A stretch of DNA of 64,000 bases. Origin: a virus. The notes under the pieces were generated by a model. The model was not told the origin of the DNA, did not search any database, and worked only from the letters and a program-made list of their open reading frames with translations. The stretch covers positions 256,001-320,000 of the IMG/VR virus record IMGVR_UViG_3300045988_179014. One strand, written 5' to 3'. A program made the translations under genes and the position numbers. Below are positions 19,731 through 31,700 of this stretch, piece by piece (position 1 is the first letter of the stretch; each line of letters begins with the position of its first letter).

Positions 19731-21425
19731 GTGCTTGAAGAAATCACCATTGAAAATCTTGGGATAATCAATCATGCTCATTTACCTTTCACCCCAGGAC
19801 TTACTGTACTGACCGGAGAAACCGGAGCTGGTAAAACCATGGTGCTCTCAGCCATCAATCTTCTTCTGGGGAAACGTATCAATGCATCCAATGTAACAGT
19901 TGAAGGCAAACAGTTGAGCGTTGAAGGTTGCTGGCAGTTGGATGATGATTTGTCGCACACTGTTGAAGACACTGGAGCATCATTGGAGAACGGTCAATTA
20001 TTTGTTCAACGTGTGGTCAGCAACGACGGCAAAAGCAAAGCATATATGGGTGGAAAACGTATGACTGCCAGCACACTCAACTGTATAGGAAATCAACTAG
20101 TCAGCATACATGGACAATCAGACCAAGTAAGACTTCGTGACCCTCAACTTCAACGAGAATCATTGGATGCATTTGGTGGAACTGTACTACTTCAAACATT
20201 ACAGAAATTCCAATCAGCATACACATCTTGGAAAGAAGTGAACAAATTTTACAATGACGTAAAAGATAATGCAAACAGTCGTCGCAGGGAAATAACATAT
20301 TTGGAGAAACTGATTCAAGACGTATCACAGTTGGACCCACAAGAAAACGAAGACGAAATCCTGCAACACCAAATCAATAAACTGTCCAATCTGGAAACTG
20401 TCCGTGAATCATTGTTGAAAGCACAGGAGTGTATTACTCCAAGTGATGATGAAATACTTAGTCCTGTCACTCAGATACGAGAATTGCAACGTGTTCTGAC
20501 CCCAATTCTCAATTATGATGCTGAATGGGCTGAACTTCATGAACACGCGCAAGGAATAATCACTCAACTGTTTGAATTGGAAAATGAAATCTCAACTCAT
20601 GTGGATTCAATGGATGAAGACAGTTTGGAGCAATTGTACACAGCTCAGGAACGTGCTCAAGAAATCAAAACGCTGGTACGTAAATATGGTACAAATCTCG
20701 CTGATGTGTTACAACAAGCGGATGAAACACACAACCAACTGGAATGTCTATACCAACAAGACGTACCTTTGGAGGACATAGAAGTTGAACTGGAAACATA
20801 CAGAAAATCTATGATTGAAGCTGCGAACCAATTGACGGAACAACGTGTGAAAACTGCTGATTCGTTGTCTGAAGTCATCAATGCTGAATTGGCAGGGTTG
20901 GGAATGAGCAATAGTGTGTTTTCAATTGTCATCAATCCAGCAGATACAACATTTTCCGGACAGGATGAGGTTTTGTTCATGTTGGCTCATCAAGGCCATT
21001 CCCCAGCTCCAATTACAAGAATTGCGAGTGGTGGGGAATTGTCACGAATCATGTTGGCAATGGAATTGGTTTTGGCGAAAGGTCATGGAACATTGATTTT
21101 TGATGAAGTTGACAGTGGTGTTGGTGGTGAAACTGCGGTTGGAATTGGGAAACGACTGGCACGACTGGCACAAGATGTACAGGTTATTGTTGTGACTCAT
21201 CTTCCCCAAGTTGCTGCTTATGCCGACAATCATCTCAAAGTATACAAAGAAGTCAACAACGAACAAGTGCAAACATATGTGAAACAACTACCAGCTGATG
21301 AACGAATCGCTGAAATAACCCGTATGTTGTCTGGCATGGCAGATAGTAGTTCAGGCCAACTTCATGCATCAGAATTATTGAACATGGCGCAAGAATACAA
21401 AAACACCTTGATGACCAATCCCTGA
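19731..21425 (+). CDS. recN: DNA repair protein RecN
   Basis: 'VLEEITIENLGIINHAHLPFTPGLTVLTGETGAGKTM' is the RecN N-terminal Walker A region. C-terminal 'GGELSRIMLA' and 'LIFDEVDSGVGG' (Walker B) are present. GTG start at 19731 is preceded by GAAAGG. The ORF-track ATG at 19635 would add an atypical 32 aa extension. Confidence 0.85.
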   Translation: MLEEITIENLGIINHAHLPFTPGLTVLTGETGAGKTMVLSAINLLLGKRINASNVTVEGKQLSVEGCWQLDDDLSHTVEDTGASLENGQLFVQRVVSNDGKSKAYMGGKRMTASTLNCIGNQLVSIHGQSDQVRLRDPQLQRESLDAFGGTVLLQTLQKFQSAYTSWKEVNKFYNDVKDNANSRRREITYLEKLIQDVSQLDPQENEDEILQHQINKLSNLETVRESLLKAQECITPSDDEILSPVTQIRELQRVLTPILNYDAEWAELHEHAQGIITQLFELENEISTHVDSMDEDSLEQLYTAQERAQEIKTLVRKYGTNLADVLQQADETHNQLECLYQQDVPLEDIEVELETYRKSMIEAANQLTEQRVKTADSLSEVINAELAGLGMSNSVFSIVINPADTTFSGQDEVLFMLAHQGHSPAPITRIASGGELSRIMLAMELVLAKGHGTLIFDEVDSGVGGETAVGIGKRLARLAQDVQVIVVTHLPQVAAYADNHLKVYKEVNNEQVQTYVKQLPADERIAEITRMLSGMADSSSGQLHASELLNMAQEYKNTLMTNP

Positions 21426-21470
21426 TTCTTCACTATTGTGGATTATGTGTTGTTTTGTAATAGCGGATTC

Positions 21471-21494
21471 TCTATTGTGAATTTTTACAATAGA
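21471..21494 (+). terminator. 8-bp perfect inverted repeat (TCTATTGT-N8-ACAATAGA) just downstream of recN
   Basis: Read directly from the sequence. No strong T-run follows, so terminator versus operator is unresolved. Confidence 0.3.
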
Positions 21495-21568
21495 ACACAT
21501 TTGTTGACTATTGCCTGTATGAACAAATTAAATTCATAATGTAAAAGGTTTTAGAGTTGAAGTCATGG

Positions 21569-21713
21569 CTTACCCAGACGTGTTTTGAGCTTGATTTTTG
21601 TACTTCCTGATGCAAGTATCACAAACAAACATTTCTCCCAAAATATCTTGAAAACACGAAAAACGCCACCGAATAAGCTTGGTAGAATCTAACCTATTCA
21701 AGGGGCGTTACAG
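21569..21713 (-). repeat. copy A of a ~144-bp intergenic repeat family; carries a terminator-like hairpin plus T-tract when read on the minus strand
   Basis: Aligns at about 80% identity with copies at 26229-26372 and 41550-41692. Motifs 'gtacccagacgtgttttgag' at one end and 'aacgccNcc...ggtagaatctaacctattcaaggggcgtt' at the other. Confidence 0.6.
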
Positions 21714-21799
21714 GACACAATTTGAGCTGTACACACAATGTCCAAATTATCAGAGTTTCAGGCCACTTAAAACAGCCAAAGCAAATTTTATCAGGATTA

Positions 21800-22207
21800 T
21801 CATGTGGTGTAATAGATTTTCTTCACACCACGAGCCCGCAAAGCTCGTTGGCACCTTTCACAGGGCTTGCTCAGCATCGGCTCCCCAAAAGCACCAATGC
21901 GAGCAATGTAGATGGTTGCATTAGACAAATCCATCTTACGGCACGCACGCAACGCGGCCTCTTCCGCATGAATGGTCGATTCTTGCTTGGGGTCACTAAC
22001 CACCGTTGGGGGGTTAATGGTTCGATTAATACCCACCCCGATGACTTTTCCATTGCGAACAATGACAGCACCATGCCGGAACCGCACCCGTGACTTGGTG
22101 GCAAGTATCATTGCTCGTATTAGGAATGCTTCATCCCGCTTGAAACGAACCTCACGAAACACCAACCCATCATCCAAATCCGGATAGTAATTCTTCTGGT
22201 ATTTCAA
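21800..22207 (-). CDS. CMP/dCMP-type zinc deaminase (dCMP deaminase-like)
   Basis: 'HAEEAAL' + 'PCERC' is the cytidine/deoxycytidylate deaminase zinc-binding signature. 135 aa. Confidence 0.7.
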   Translation of the reverse strand: MKYQKNYYPDLDDGLVFREVRFKRDEAFLIRAMILATKSRVRFRHGAVIVRNGKVIGVGINRTINPPTVVSDPKQESTIHAEEAALRACRKMDLSNATIYIARIGAFGEPMLSKPCERCQRALRARGVKKIYYTT

Positions 22208-22318
22208 AGTGCAGCTCCTTTTTGATATCGCTGTACTATAGCATACACAAGTTGGCGGAATGAATCAAATCGTGGCAACTGATGCCATCAACACAAATTT
22301 ACTCCCAAGAACACAAAT

Positions 22319-22353
22319 AGACCCTGATTCTATTGGTGCTTGAATCAGGGTCT
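22319..22353 (-). terminator. rho-independent terminator candidate downstream of the 22370-22711 gene
   Basis: Perfect 12-bp stem (AGACCCTGATTC / GAATCAGGGTCT) with an 11-nt loop, followed on the minus strand by AUUUGUGUUCUU. Confidence 0.5.
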
Positions 22354-22369
22354 ACGTATGATGTTTTAA

Positions 22370-22711
22370 TCAGGGCCTATGTGTGCAAAAATCCCAGAGG
22401 GTGTTCAGGGTCTCCAGCAACTGAGCAAAAATAGCCTTTGCCCTAGTATCAGTTGCTTCCACCATGGACTCTGAAGCCTCGACCCCAAGACTGCTCAAGA
22501 CCTCTCGCAGGTAGCACTCCCCATATTCGGGGTCTGCCAAAACACCGCGCACGGCTTCTACCGCTGCCTCATCAATAATCTGCTGTTCCTGGTCCATGTT
22601 CTTCTCCCTACTCGTGTTGATGTCTTGCTTCAAGCATAACACACAAAAACACGACTTGTCTACCCCATCACACAATTGGCAGTTGACAGTTGACATCACA
22701 AACGAACACAC
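22370..22711 (-). CDS. small hypothetical protein (true start likely the internal Met giving ~75 aa)
   Basis: ORF upstream of the terminator hairpin. The N-terminal Cys-rich 38 aa may not be translated. Confidence 0.35.
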   Translation of the reverse strand: MCSFVMSTVNCQLCDGVDKSCFCVLCLKQDINTSREKNMDQEQQIIDEAAVEAVRGVLADPEYGECYLREVLSSLGVEASESMVEATDTRAKAIFAQLLETLNTLWDFCTHRP

Positions 22712-23030
22712 GAGCCCACCAGCTTGCGAAATCCTTCATCGCAACATAATTTGTAAAGTATTCAACGTTCTATCTGTAAGCCAGCTTCATCAAGCATGAG
22801 AACCGTTGCACACAAAAGCCACAAAAAGGAAGCACTCTGCCCAAGTTAGTAGTAGATATAGCGAACTCATGAACCAACCACCAACATCTTCAACAATCAA
22901 TAAAACCTTGATTAAAATGCTGAAAAATCAACAATGAACCCAACGTATAATGTATACAGCCAATCTTTGGACAAAAAATTAAAGGCCGGAAATTAATCCA
23001 GCCTTCAATTTCGGTTATTGTTCAAGAATT

Positions 23031-24098
<1,068 letters not shown>

Positions 24099-24372
24099 TC
24101 ATTTCACACGCATCTGTCAACAAGCCCTATTGTGGACAGAAGTATTCATTCTGAGAACTACAGTGTTTCTGATACACATTGAAAGGAACAATTCCATTAT
24201 TGCCATGAACCGAATCATAACCAGACTTGCTGTTCAGCGGTTTTGGAGACGTAACACATTGGTTGTATGAACATAAAGAAATAATTGCATATAGTGTTTT
24301 TAGTAAAGTGTTTTGTCCCCTATGGAAACCATCCGCCTCTGCAAACACTATACTCATGTCGTACTGTTGGAA

Positions 24373-25164
24373 TTATTTACTGATGCTCAACCCTTTGTAG
24401 GGCTGCACTTGAACACCAACCATTGTGGTCAAGTTTTCAACACCTGGTGGAATTGGTACTGCTGAGAACAATTTGACGCAGGCTGCAACAGCTTCCTGAC
24501 GTACTGCAATGTTTTCAGTTGTGTCCCGCATCATGTCATAAAGAGCATGAGCTTTGTCATTCAGGGCAATGGAATCCTCAGTATGGTACTGCAACTCAAA
24601 AGTTTCTCCCCAAGCTGTAGACCAACTTGTTAGAACACCTCTGTACGAACCACCTATTTGAAACGCACTCTTGATTTTGCGGCATACATTACCAGCATCA
24701 ACCAATGATTGTGCACTGACTTCCATGGTGCTCAAAAATGCATCATCTGAGGAAATGACACAACTGTAACGTACTATGTCATCCAGTTCTTCTACCAACA
24801 GTCGAGCGTTTTCCAATGTTGGTTCCAAACCGCGACGTTGCAGACGGTGCAGAATCTTTATGGCCACCGACAATGGAGACTTAACCCGATGCTCCAGATG
24901 AATATAACGTGTACCAACTATCCGCTGATTCTGCAAAATCCCACTGATACTATGTTCGGCGGCCAAACTGCGACACATTCGTTCCAATACGGCTTGATAC
25001 ACATTGAGTGGTACTGTAGTGGACGTAACCAACTGTTTCCAATCTGACTTCCACATCAAAGGTGCCGAAACATCTGACTCCAGTAGTTGTTCCATACGGT
25101 GGGTCAGGAGGGATAGTGCCACTGTTTGTTCAATCATGGTCATCATGTTGCTCTCCCTCCTCAT
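24373..25164 (-). CDS. hypothetical protein (263 aa)
   Basis: ORF only. Confidence 0.45.
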   Translation of the reverse strand: MRRESNMMTMIEQTVALSLLTHRMEQLLESDVSAPLMWKSDWKQLVTSTTVPLNVYQAVLERMCRSLAAEHSISGILQNQRIVGTRYIHLEHRVKSPLSVAIKILHRLQRRGLEPTLENARLLVEELDDIVRYSCVISSDDAFLSTMEVSAQSLVDAGNVCRKIKSAFQIGGSYRGVLTSWSTAWGETFELQYHTEDSIALNDKAHALYDMMRDTTENIAVRQEAVAACVKLFSAVPIPPGVENLTTMVGVQVQPYKGLSISK

Positions 25165-25383
25165 ACCCCTACTATTGCCATCTGTTTAACTGACAAAAAC
25201 TTATGTTTTCAGTTTACATGATGAACTCCTGTTTGTATATAGTCCTGCCATGGATAAAATAGGGTAGTTGTTAAGAGAAACCATACTCATGTTGTGTTCG
25301 TCTCTTGTGGAAGTAAAAACTACTGAACTTGCCACATCTGGAACTAAACTATGGGTTTTATACTGTTAATTATTGTCGAATAG

Positions 25384-26058
25384 TTGATTTTTGTGAAACT
25401 TGTTGTAGCGGAATGTTCAGCCATCTATAGTGGTCGGGGTGATACCACACTGGCACGCGGTCGCAGAGCCATCATGATTAAAGGTGATGGTTCAGTCTCA
25501 ATTCACAATGATGTGGGCAACAAACCGTTGAACTACATGAAACAACCCACTTTCTCTGAAACATTGAATTCTGACGGAGAAAGGGTATGGACTTTTGATG
25601 CTCGTCATGAATCCTTATCCATCACACTTCATCAAGTTGTTTTGGAAACAGCAATGGATTTGATTGGTGAACATGACCCTGGTTTGGTACGTGATGGGAC
25701 TGAAAACCAATTACAAGCATGGATTGCCGAACACCCTGAAGTACTTGGTGAAGGTTTTAGTCTGGTGAAACGTGAATACCCAACAGAAAACGGACCTGTG
25801 GATTTACTGGTTTTGGACAACATGGGTCTTCCTGTTGCTGTGGAGGTCAAACGTGTTGCTATGTTGGGTGCAGTTGACCAAGCCAGAAGATACATGGATG
25901 CGCTGAAAAGCCAACCCTACAATCCTGAGCTGCCTTTTGATTTGACACGTACTCGGGCCATGATTGCAGCAGTTGACATCAGACCAAAAACGATAGCTTT
26001 GGCGGAAAAACGAGGAATCGCGTTACGAACCATTCCTAGTGATTGGAAAACACTGTAA
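25384..26058 (+). CDS. nucS: endonuclease NucS (EndoMS), mismatch-specific RecB-like nuclease
   Basis: 'VKLVVAECSAIYSGRGDTTLARGRRAIMIKGDGSVSIHNDVGNKPLNYM' closely parallels the NucS N-terminal domain. C-terminal 'VDLLVLDNMGLPVAVEVKR' is the PD-(D/E)xK nuclease core. Confidence 0.8.
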   Translation: MIFVKLVVAECSAIYSGRGDTTLARGRRAIMIKGDGSVSIHNDVGNKPLNYMKQPTFSETLNSDGERVWTFDARHESLSITLHQVVLETAMDLIGEHDPGLVRDGTENQLQAWIAEHPEVLGEGFSLVKREYPTENGPVDLLVLDNMGLPVAVEVKRVAMLGAVDQARRYMDALKSQPYNPELPFDLTRTRAMIAAVDIRPKTIALAEKRGIALRTIPSDWKTL

Positions 26059-26228
26059 CAAACATTGACACAAAATATTTCACCAAACAGACTCTTCACA
26101 TTAGCTGATACATACTGATTCAGTTCTTCAGACATGTTGAAAATTGAAAGCATTACATGTTCTCTTATGAATTAATTTCAGGGATTCACCAATGTAGTCA
26201 GTTCAACATAAATCAACACTGATGCTTG

Positions 26229-26372
26229 CGTACCCAGAAGTGTTTTTAGCTTGGTTTTTGTGTTTCCTGATTAGGTATCACAAACTAGGATTTCTAACAA
26301 AACCTCTTGAAAACATGAAAAATACCCCTGAATAAGCTAGGTAGAATCTAACCTATTCAAGGGGCGTTACAA
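26229..26372 (-). repeat. copy B of the ~144-bp intergenic repeat family
   Basis: Aligned to copies A and C. Lies directly downstream (minus-strand sense) of the lipoprotein gene. Confidence 0.6.
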
Positions 26373-26519
26373 AAAGCGATTATGGCTTTGGAAGAAAACC
26401 CTCCAGCAACCAAAATATACATTGTGAACCATGCAATCGTCTTAGTCCTGCTAATAACAATATTTTGATTGTTTTACTTGTTGAATAATGACAATCCTCT
26501 GTATCTTCTGTTTGTACAA

Positions 26520-26999
26520 TCAACCAATTGTTTTCCACATCACTTGTATGGTTGAATAAAGTGGGTCGTCTTCAATGTTGTCATATTCACAGAAGAAAAT
26601 CTTTTTGGAGCCCCATTCAGAAACAACAACACCCATGTCTTCCTGTCCTGTACAGTTTGTTTCAGTAGGTGGGAGCGAAACAGCAGTTGGTATTTTGCTA
26701 TCACGCACGGCTTCTCGGTATTGCCCAACCAAATCCAAATCTACTGTAGCCCCCTTGGATGTACTACCGTCACTGTACAAAGCCACAGATTCCTCATCAC
26801 AATAGACAACATCACCTCGCATTTTGCAGGAACGTTTCATCAAAGTGGCAATGGTGTCCTCAGATGGTTTCGGAAATGATGATTCTGTCCCATATGATGG
26901 AGTTGGTTCAGGTGATGATGACTCTGCGCTGGAAGAACAACCACCCACTCCTATCAAACAACACAAACCAATCAATCCTGTCACAATTCGTTTCAGCAT
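26520..26999 (-). CDS. putative lipoprotein (159 aa)
   Basis: N-terminal 'MLKRIVTGLIGLCCLIGVGGCSSS' is a signal peptide with a lipobox-like 'GGC'. Confidence 0.5.
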   Translation of the reverse strand: MLKRIVTGLIGLCCLIGVGGCSSSAESSSPEPTPSYGTESSFPKPSEDTIATLMKRSCKMRGDVVYCDEESVALYSDGSTSKGATVDLDLVGQYREAVRDSKIPTAVSLPPTETNCTGQEDMGVVVSEWGSKKIFFCEYDNIEDDPLYSTIQVMWKTIG

Positions 27000-27046
27000 A
27001 AAACATGTCCCCTTCTTTTCACATACGATTGTTCTAAATATGCAGA

Positions 27047-27433
27047 TTACAATGATGCTTCGGCTAGTAAACGAGAAACCGCTACTATATCAAATCCACG
27101 ACTAAATTCTAGGTGAACTTGTCCTACACTGCTGTACCATAAATCCACTTCACTGTCCAAATCGACTGTTCCTGCCGTTTCAATGGACCAAGCTTGCAGT
27201 TTTTTGTACGGTAATGACGCGAATGCTTTCTTGGTGCCCGTCATGCCTTGAACATTCACAACAATAACGCGACGATTGGTAAAAACCACATAATCTCTTA
27301 TTCCTTTGGCAGCAATCATAATGGTTTCATGATTGACCAGCAAAGGTTGAATATTTGCTTGAACTTCAACAGGATTAACTGGACCAAGTTTTACCAATGA
27401 GGAGTTTTTGAAATCAATCATGGCTTTCTCCAT
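27047..27433 (-). CDS. bacterial PH-domain-like (YdbT/bPH) protein
   Basis: 128 aa; 'RDYVVFTNRRVIVV' resembles the bPH 'TnkRlli' core. Weak. Confidence 0.4.
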   Translation of the reverse strand: MEKAMIDFKNSSLVKLGPVNPVEVQANIQPLLVNHETIMIAAKGIRDYVVFTNRRVIVVNVQGMTGTKKAFASLPYKKLQAWSIETAGTVDLDSEVDLWYSSVGQVHLEFSRGFDIVAVSRLLAEASL

Positions 27434-27624
27434 TTCCGTAAAAGTAACGAATTATAGTTAAATCTTTCAACACATAGATTTTCTGGCATCAAGCAGAAGA
27501 ACCACAAGTATTCAATATTGGTTTATGATGATTCGATAAATAGATTCATTTCATCATAAACAATTTGTCTTTAACATATCTTTTAAACCGCTTAAGGATA
27601 TCCTACAATTTGTTGATTATCGGG

Positions 27625-28782
27625 TCATCGTCTTGAAGAACGCCAAGAACCAGTCAACTTCCTGGCGGTATCAGTAATGGTTGCAATTTGTTCCTGAGTC
27701 AATCCAAACATTTTGTACAATTGTGGTTCCAATGGGCGGTTCCAACGAATGTGTGGATTGTCGCTGGAATAATCACCCAAGTCCGGAACAAAAACACCCC
27801 AACGAGCTGATTTTCCACCACGACTTTCCTCCAACAAATACCTTACAAAATCAGTGTCAATATAAGCTTTGTAATTGTTGGCTTCTTCCTTGGTCGCAAA
27901 AGTCCCCACCATGAGCCAAGAAGCACCAACAATATGCTCATTGTCAACAACACGATAACTGGAAGTGGCAGGACGTTTACTTATCTGCCCTTGAGAGGAC
28001 AGAACTTTCCATGATTCCATCAACTGGGTTTTTTCTGAAGTCCAATCCAAGAGAGAACCATCAATCCAATACTCCTGAACCCGTTTCTGTTTACCTGGAA
28101 TATTGTTCCCCAAGTAAGCACGAACTGGACGAATGAAACGACCAGACCCTTCATGTATATTTCTCACTGCATCAGGATTCTGCTCCACCCAATTAGTGGG
28201 AAGACCAAACGCATTCACTTTGCAACGTCGCATGCTCACACTGTTGTAACCTTGTGCAAAAATTGTTTCCACAATATTCACAGCATCCCGGCTCAATGGC
28301 AGAATCTCTTTGTTTTTTGGGCGATTGACAGCGATTCCGTTAAGTTCTAAATGATTTGGTGTTTCATTGTTATTGTTCACAGTGACAACAGCGACCCCAT
28401 CCGGAATCGCCACACCTGGAAACAATGGGACCACAGAGCTTTCTTCACCATGAGGAAACCAGTCAATACTGATAGCAGATGAAAAAATGCGATTGGCAAC
28501 ACCATCATATCCTTTAGCGCGCTGCATCCAACGCCCCCCAGGAATAATTACCGAACCATGAATGCCCACATCAGCCACCAAATCATAAAAACACGGGAAA
28601 ACACTGACCACATTACTGTCCCGACCTGATGTTGTTGGGGTACCAGTTGAATACTGATACGGTGGGTTGCTCGCTACAAAAGTATAATCAATGCTGTTGT
28701 CATTTTCCATGAGTTTCAGAGCTTCTTCAATCTGCCCGTTCAGCAGTAGAGTAGCTTTCTCCTCAACCGTCAAAGTGTTCAT
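27625..28782 (-). CDS. restriction-modification subunit 2: N6-adenine MTase catalytic motif IV (NPPY) plus putative target-recognition region
   Basis: 'YTFVASNPPYQYS' near the N-terminus. Start ATG at 28780-28782 overlaps the TGA stop of the upstream helicase gene (ATGA coupling). The ORF-track start at 28815 is an in-frame upstream ATG inside the overlap. Confidence 0.55.
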   Translation of the reverse strand: MNTLTVEEKATLLLNGQIEEALKLMENDNSIDYTFVASNPPYQYSTGTPTTSGRDSNVVSVFPCFYDLVADVGIHGSVIIPGGRWMQRAKGYDGVANRIFSSAISIDWFPHGEESSVVPLFPGVAIPDGVAVVTVNNNNETPNHLELNGIAVNRPKNKEILPLSRDAVNIVETIFAQGYNSVSMRRCKVNAFGLPTNWVEQNPDAVRNIHEGSGRFIRPVRAYLGNNIPGKQKRVQEYWIDGSLLDWTSEKTQLMESWKVLSSQGQISKRPATSSYRVVDNEHIVGASWLMVGTFATKEEANNYKAYIDTDFVRYLLEESRGGKSARWGVFVPDLGDYSSDNPHIRWNRPLEPQLYKMFGLTQEQIATITDTARKLTGSWRSSRR

Positions 28783-31700
28783 ACTGTAGCTCCTTGACTT
28801 GGTTTCAACACCCATGCCATCAAACGCCTCATTTCTTCTTCAGACAATTTGCGTTTAACACCTGTATTGGTTGACACTTCAGCACACCTCAATGAACGTT
28901 GAATCTCCACCATATCCACTACTGTAATATTCAAGTCATAATCTTTACACCCTGCCAATACACGTTGCGCTATGGCTCTACCCTGTTGACTACGAGAATT
29001 CACGAAAACCCTGTTCTCAACAATTTGTTTCCAGAGTTTGCGTTGAGCAACAGAATCCATGTCACGAACTGTTTTACCTGATTTCTGAATTTCATGCATA
29101 AACATGTTCAAGGCGGCATACAACGGATAAAGGCCGGTTTTGGAGCTTGGGTCAAAGAATGTGGTGCTGTCCTGTCCCCACAAAACATCGTATTCGTCAT
29201 TCCCTGTATGATTCCATTGAGGTTCTGGTTTCAACACCCCTTGACTGGAAACCACATCATCCCAGGAGTGCGTATTACCATCAGAGCAGTACCAGTTGCC
29301 TGTATCATCAACGAACCGAATCCCGTTGAAAGCATTCCCCATGTGCCTGTTCACAACCGCCCATGGAGTCAGTACAGTTTCACGGTCAGGATTACGGAAA
29401 CTGGTAAACAGCTGTGTCAAATGTGCCGCTCGTTCCAGTGGGTCACAAGCATCTAAATCCAACACCTGTTCTCTCATCTTCGCACAAGCCCCATTGAAAA
29501 CATCAACATCAAAATATGCCTTCACCACATCCCACATGTTCCGAGTAAACCCCTGAGGCATGAACTCGTCCCATGAAGTATCATCAATATGGGTAGCAAA
29601 ATTGTCAACTGTAAGAGGTTCTTTAGCTTCACTGGCAAAAATGAGCAAAGGAAGCCGCGAAGCAACAGCACGCAGAGTTTCCAAAATCAATTGCGCATTT
29701 TGCTGGTCTTTAGCTTTGCTCTCATATGCATTGTTCACATCTGCATTGGTAACAGATTCATCACCTTCCAACAGCAGAATCCGTTTTCCTTTACGTGTCA
29801 GTTTGGACGCTGCAATACTGATTTCTTTTTTGGAGCTGTTGATGTTCAATGCTTGACGAATATCCTCCAGCTCTTTTGCTTGGGCCTTAGTTATGTCATG
29901 AATATTCAGGTCAAACAGTTTCCGGTGTGTAAAACCAGAGGAAACAATTTCAGCAATGAATACACGACGTAGTTCTTGCAACAAACTGTCAACATCATGT
30001 TTCACAAATCGTGCACCGTCATAGGAAATGATGGGCATATATGTCAACATGTCACCCAACACAGATGATTCTCTGTCATCTTTGTTCCTGTTCTTCTGTG
30101 CAATACCACTGGCGGTTTTCTCCAACATTTTCAATGAACGGTCTGGTGCGAAGTCGAAAACATACCCAACCTCTTTCTGACGCCCATCAGCCAAACTACC
30201 AACTGATTTGACCCGGAAAATGGTCTGCATATACTGGAGAGGTGAAGCCATGTTGCTGAGCATGAAAACAGCCGTCCACTCAGGTACAGTGGTTCCAGTA
30301 GTCAGTTTTTGCGCGGACAATGTGATAGTGCGTTCATTTTTGCGAATCGCTTCTTTAACTGCCAACAACGCGTCTCCGCCATCATTGTCACCTGTTGCAT
30401 TCACCACTGCAAATTCTGGATGTTGTGCTGCCAACATTTCATGCAATGCCACACATGCATCCACCGATGGCAACATCCAAAACGTATGAGCAAAATCAAC
30501 TTTCGAATTGTTCCGGCTGAAAGGGAACAATTTATGGTCATCTTCATACTCATCATTGTAGAATATGAGGTTCAATAATTTTGCCACATCTCGTGGGTTC
30601 TTGAACGGAGAAAAACTGTCATATACTCGTCCTTGAACTGAACGATTTTTGTCTATTTCAAAAAACTTTGCAAAACTGAAGTTGATTTTGCCATTTTCGA
30701 ACGCATCGGCTACATCTGGGTTTTTGAGAGTGTCCAGAATGTCGTAGTGTCGGATTTCAATTCGTGGCAGCATTCCATATGGATTAACTTCTCCCGGGTA
30801 TGGAACAGGGGCATGTTCTCCCAGTTCGTCCCATTGTTTACGAGCCAATTCCCAACGCTCTGAGGCACGCTGTTCATCAATATAATCCCAGTTGAAAACT
30901 TTATCATCAAATTCGTCAATGATGTTGAAAGGCGTTCCTGATAAATACAACCAGTAACGCCCCTGTAAGTTGTTCGCCAAACGTTCCGCAATTGGAGTTT
31001 TTGTTCCCTCATGACCCTCGTCCACAATAATCAAATCAAATTGCGTTGAGAACAGTTGAGCATTCTTTTCAAAAACGTTCTCTATTTCAACAGAATCCTT
31101 GTTTGCTTCATCATTGACTCCAAACGACCCTCGAAGGTCTTGGATAGATGCAAAATAGTAGAATGGTTTTTCGCGGTCCAGTGAATCCCATGAAACCCCG
31201 TACAGATTTTGTTTAGCACCGAACTGCCAATCAGATTTAGCCCCATACATTTTACGGAAATCTTCACTCCATCCAGCTGCAACCACAGGACGATGAGTGA
31301 TGATGAGAACTTTGCTTACATCCGGCATGGATTGCACCAGACTGTAGGATGTAAGCGTCTTCCCAAAACGCATGATGGCATTCCACAGGAACTTTTTGGG
31401 GCGTTCTACCGTACCTGACCGAAATATTTGTAGTGTTTCCGCTACTGCTCGTTTTTGTTCTGGACGTAAAACGATTTGTAGGGGCTTCTCGTCCATGTTG
31501 TCAATGAATGATTTGCGACCCTGTACTGCTTTGAATGCTTCAATGGCATTGTTCAGAGAAACCTCAAACCACTCTCCCGCGTTCTTGTCTTGACGGATGA
31601 ATCGTTTTGAAAACCCTGACCGCAACAAAACTTCATGCACTTGGTAATCCCTGAACGCTTCATAACGTCCTGGAACTGAACTGGAGCGAATACTGAGTGC

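Noticed and set aside
1917-21287. Numerous 60-140 aa plus-strand (and some minus-strand) ORFs in the track that lie entirely inside longer minus-strand genes, e.g. 1917-2168, 3060-3269, 3767-4207, 4532-4903, 5142-5518, 6111-6428, 9478-9929, 11490-12331, 14052-14440, 17454-17911, 20101-20340, 20657-20980
   Set aside because: Antisense or overlapping frames of confidently assigned genes (recN, TerD, PurA-like etc.) with low-complexity translations. Almost certainly non-coding.
21541-21720. Considered that the three ~144-bp repeats are tRNA 3' fragments or phage att sites
   Set aside because: There is no tRNA-like T-arm/acceptor structure and no integrase nearby, and the flanking genes are housekeeping. 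A terminator-containing repeat fits better.
24127-24357. 76-aa ORF in the nrdF upstream intergenic region
   Set aside because: Low-complexity, Cys-rich translation with no support. It is probably a promoter/UTR region.
26540-27105. Overlapping ORFs 26540-26728, 26575-26805, 26759-27001 and 26824-27105 around the lipoprotein gene
   Set aside because: Alternative frames of the same region. Only the frame with the signal-peptide/lipobox N-terminus is plausible.
28534-28539. G6/C6 homopolymer inside R-M ORF2 as a possible phase-variation tract
   Set aside because: Six nucleotides is below the length (>=8-9) normally associated with slipped-strand phase variation.
28779-28815. Possibility that the helicase and MTase ORFs are one gene split by a sequencing frameshift
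   Set aside because: The junction is a clean ATGA stop/start overlap with no homopolymer. Translational coupling of two genes is the simpler reading, though a fused ancestor is likely.
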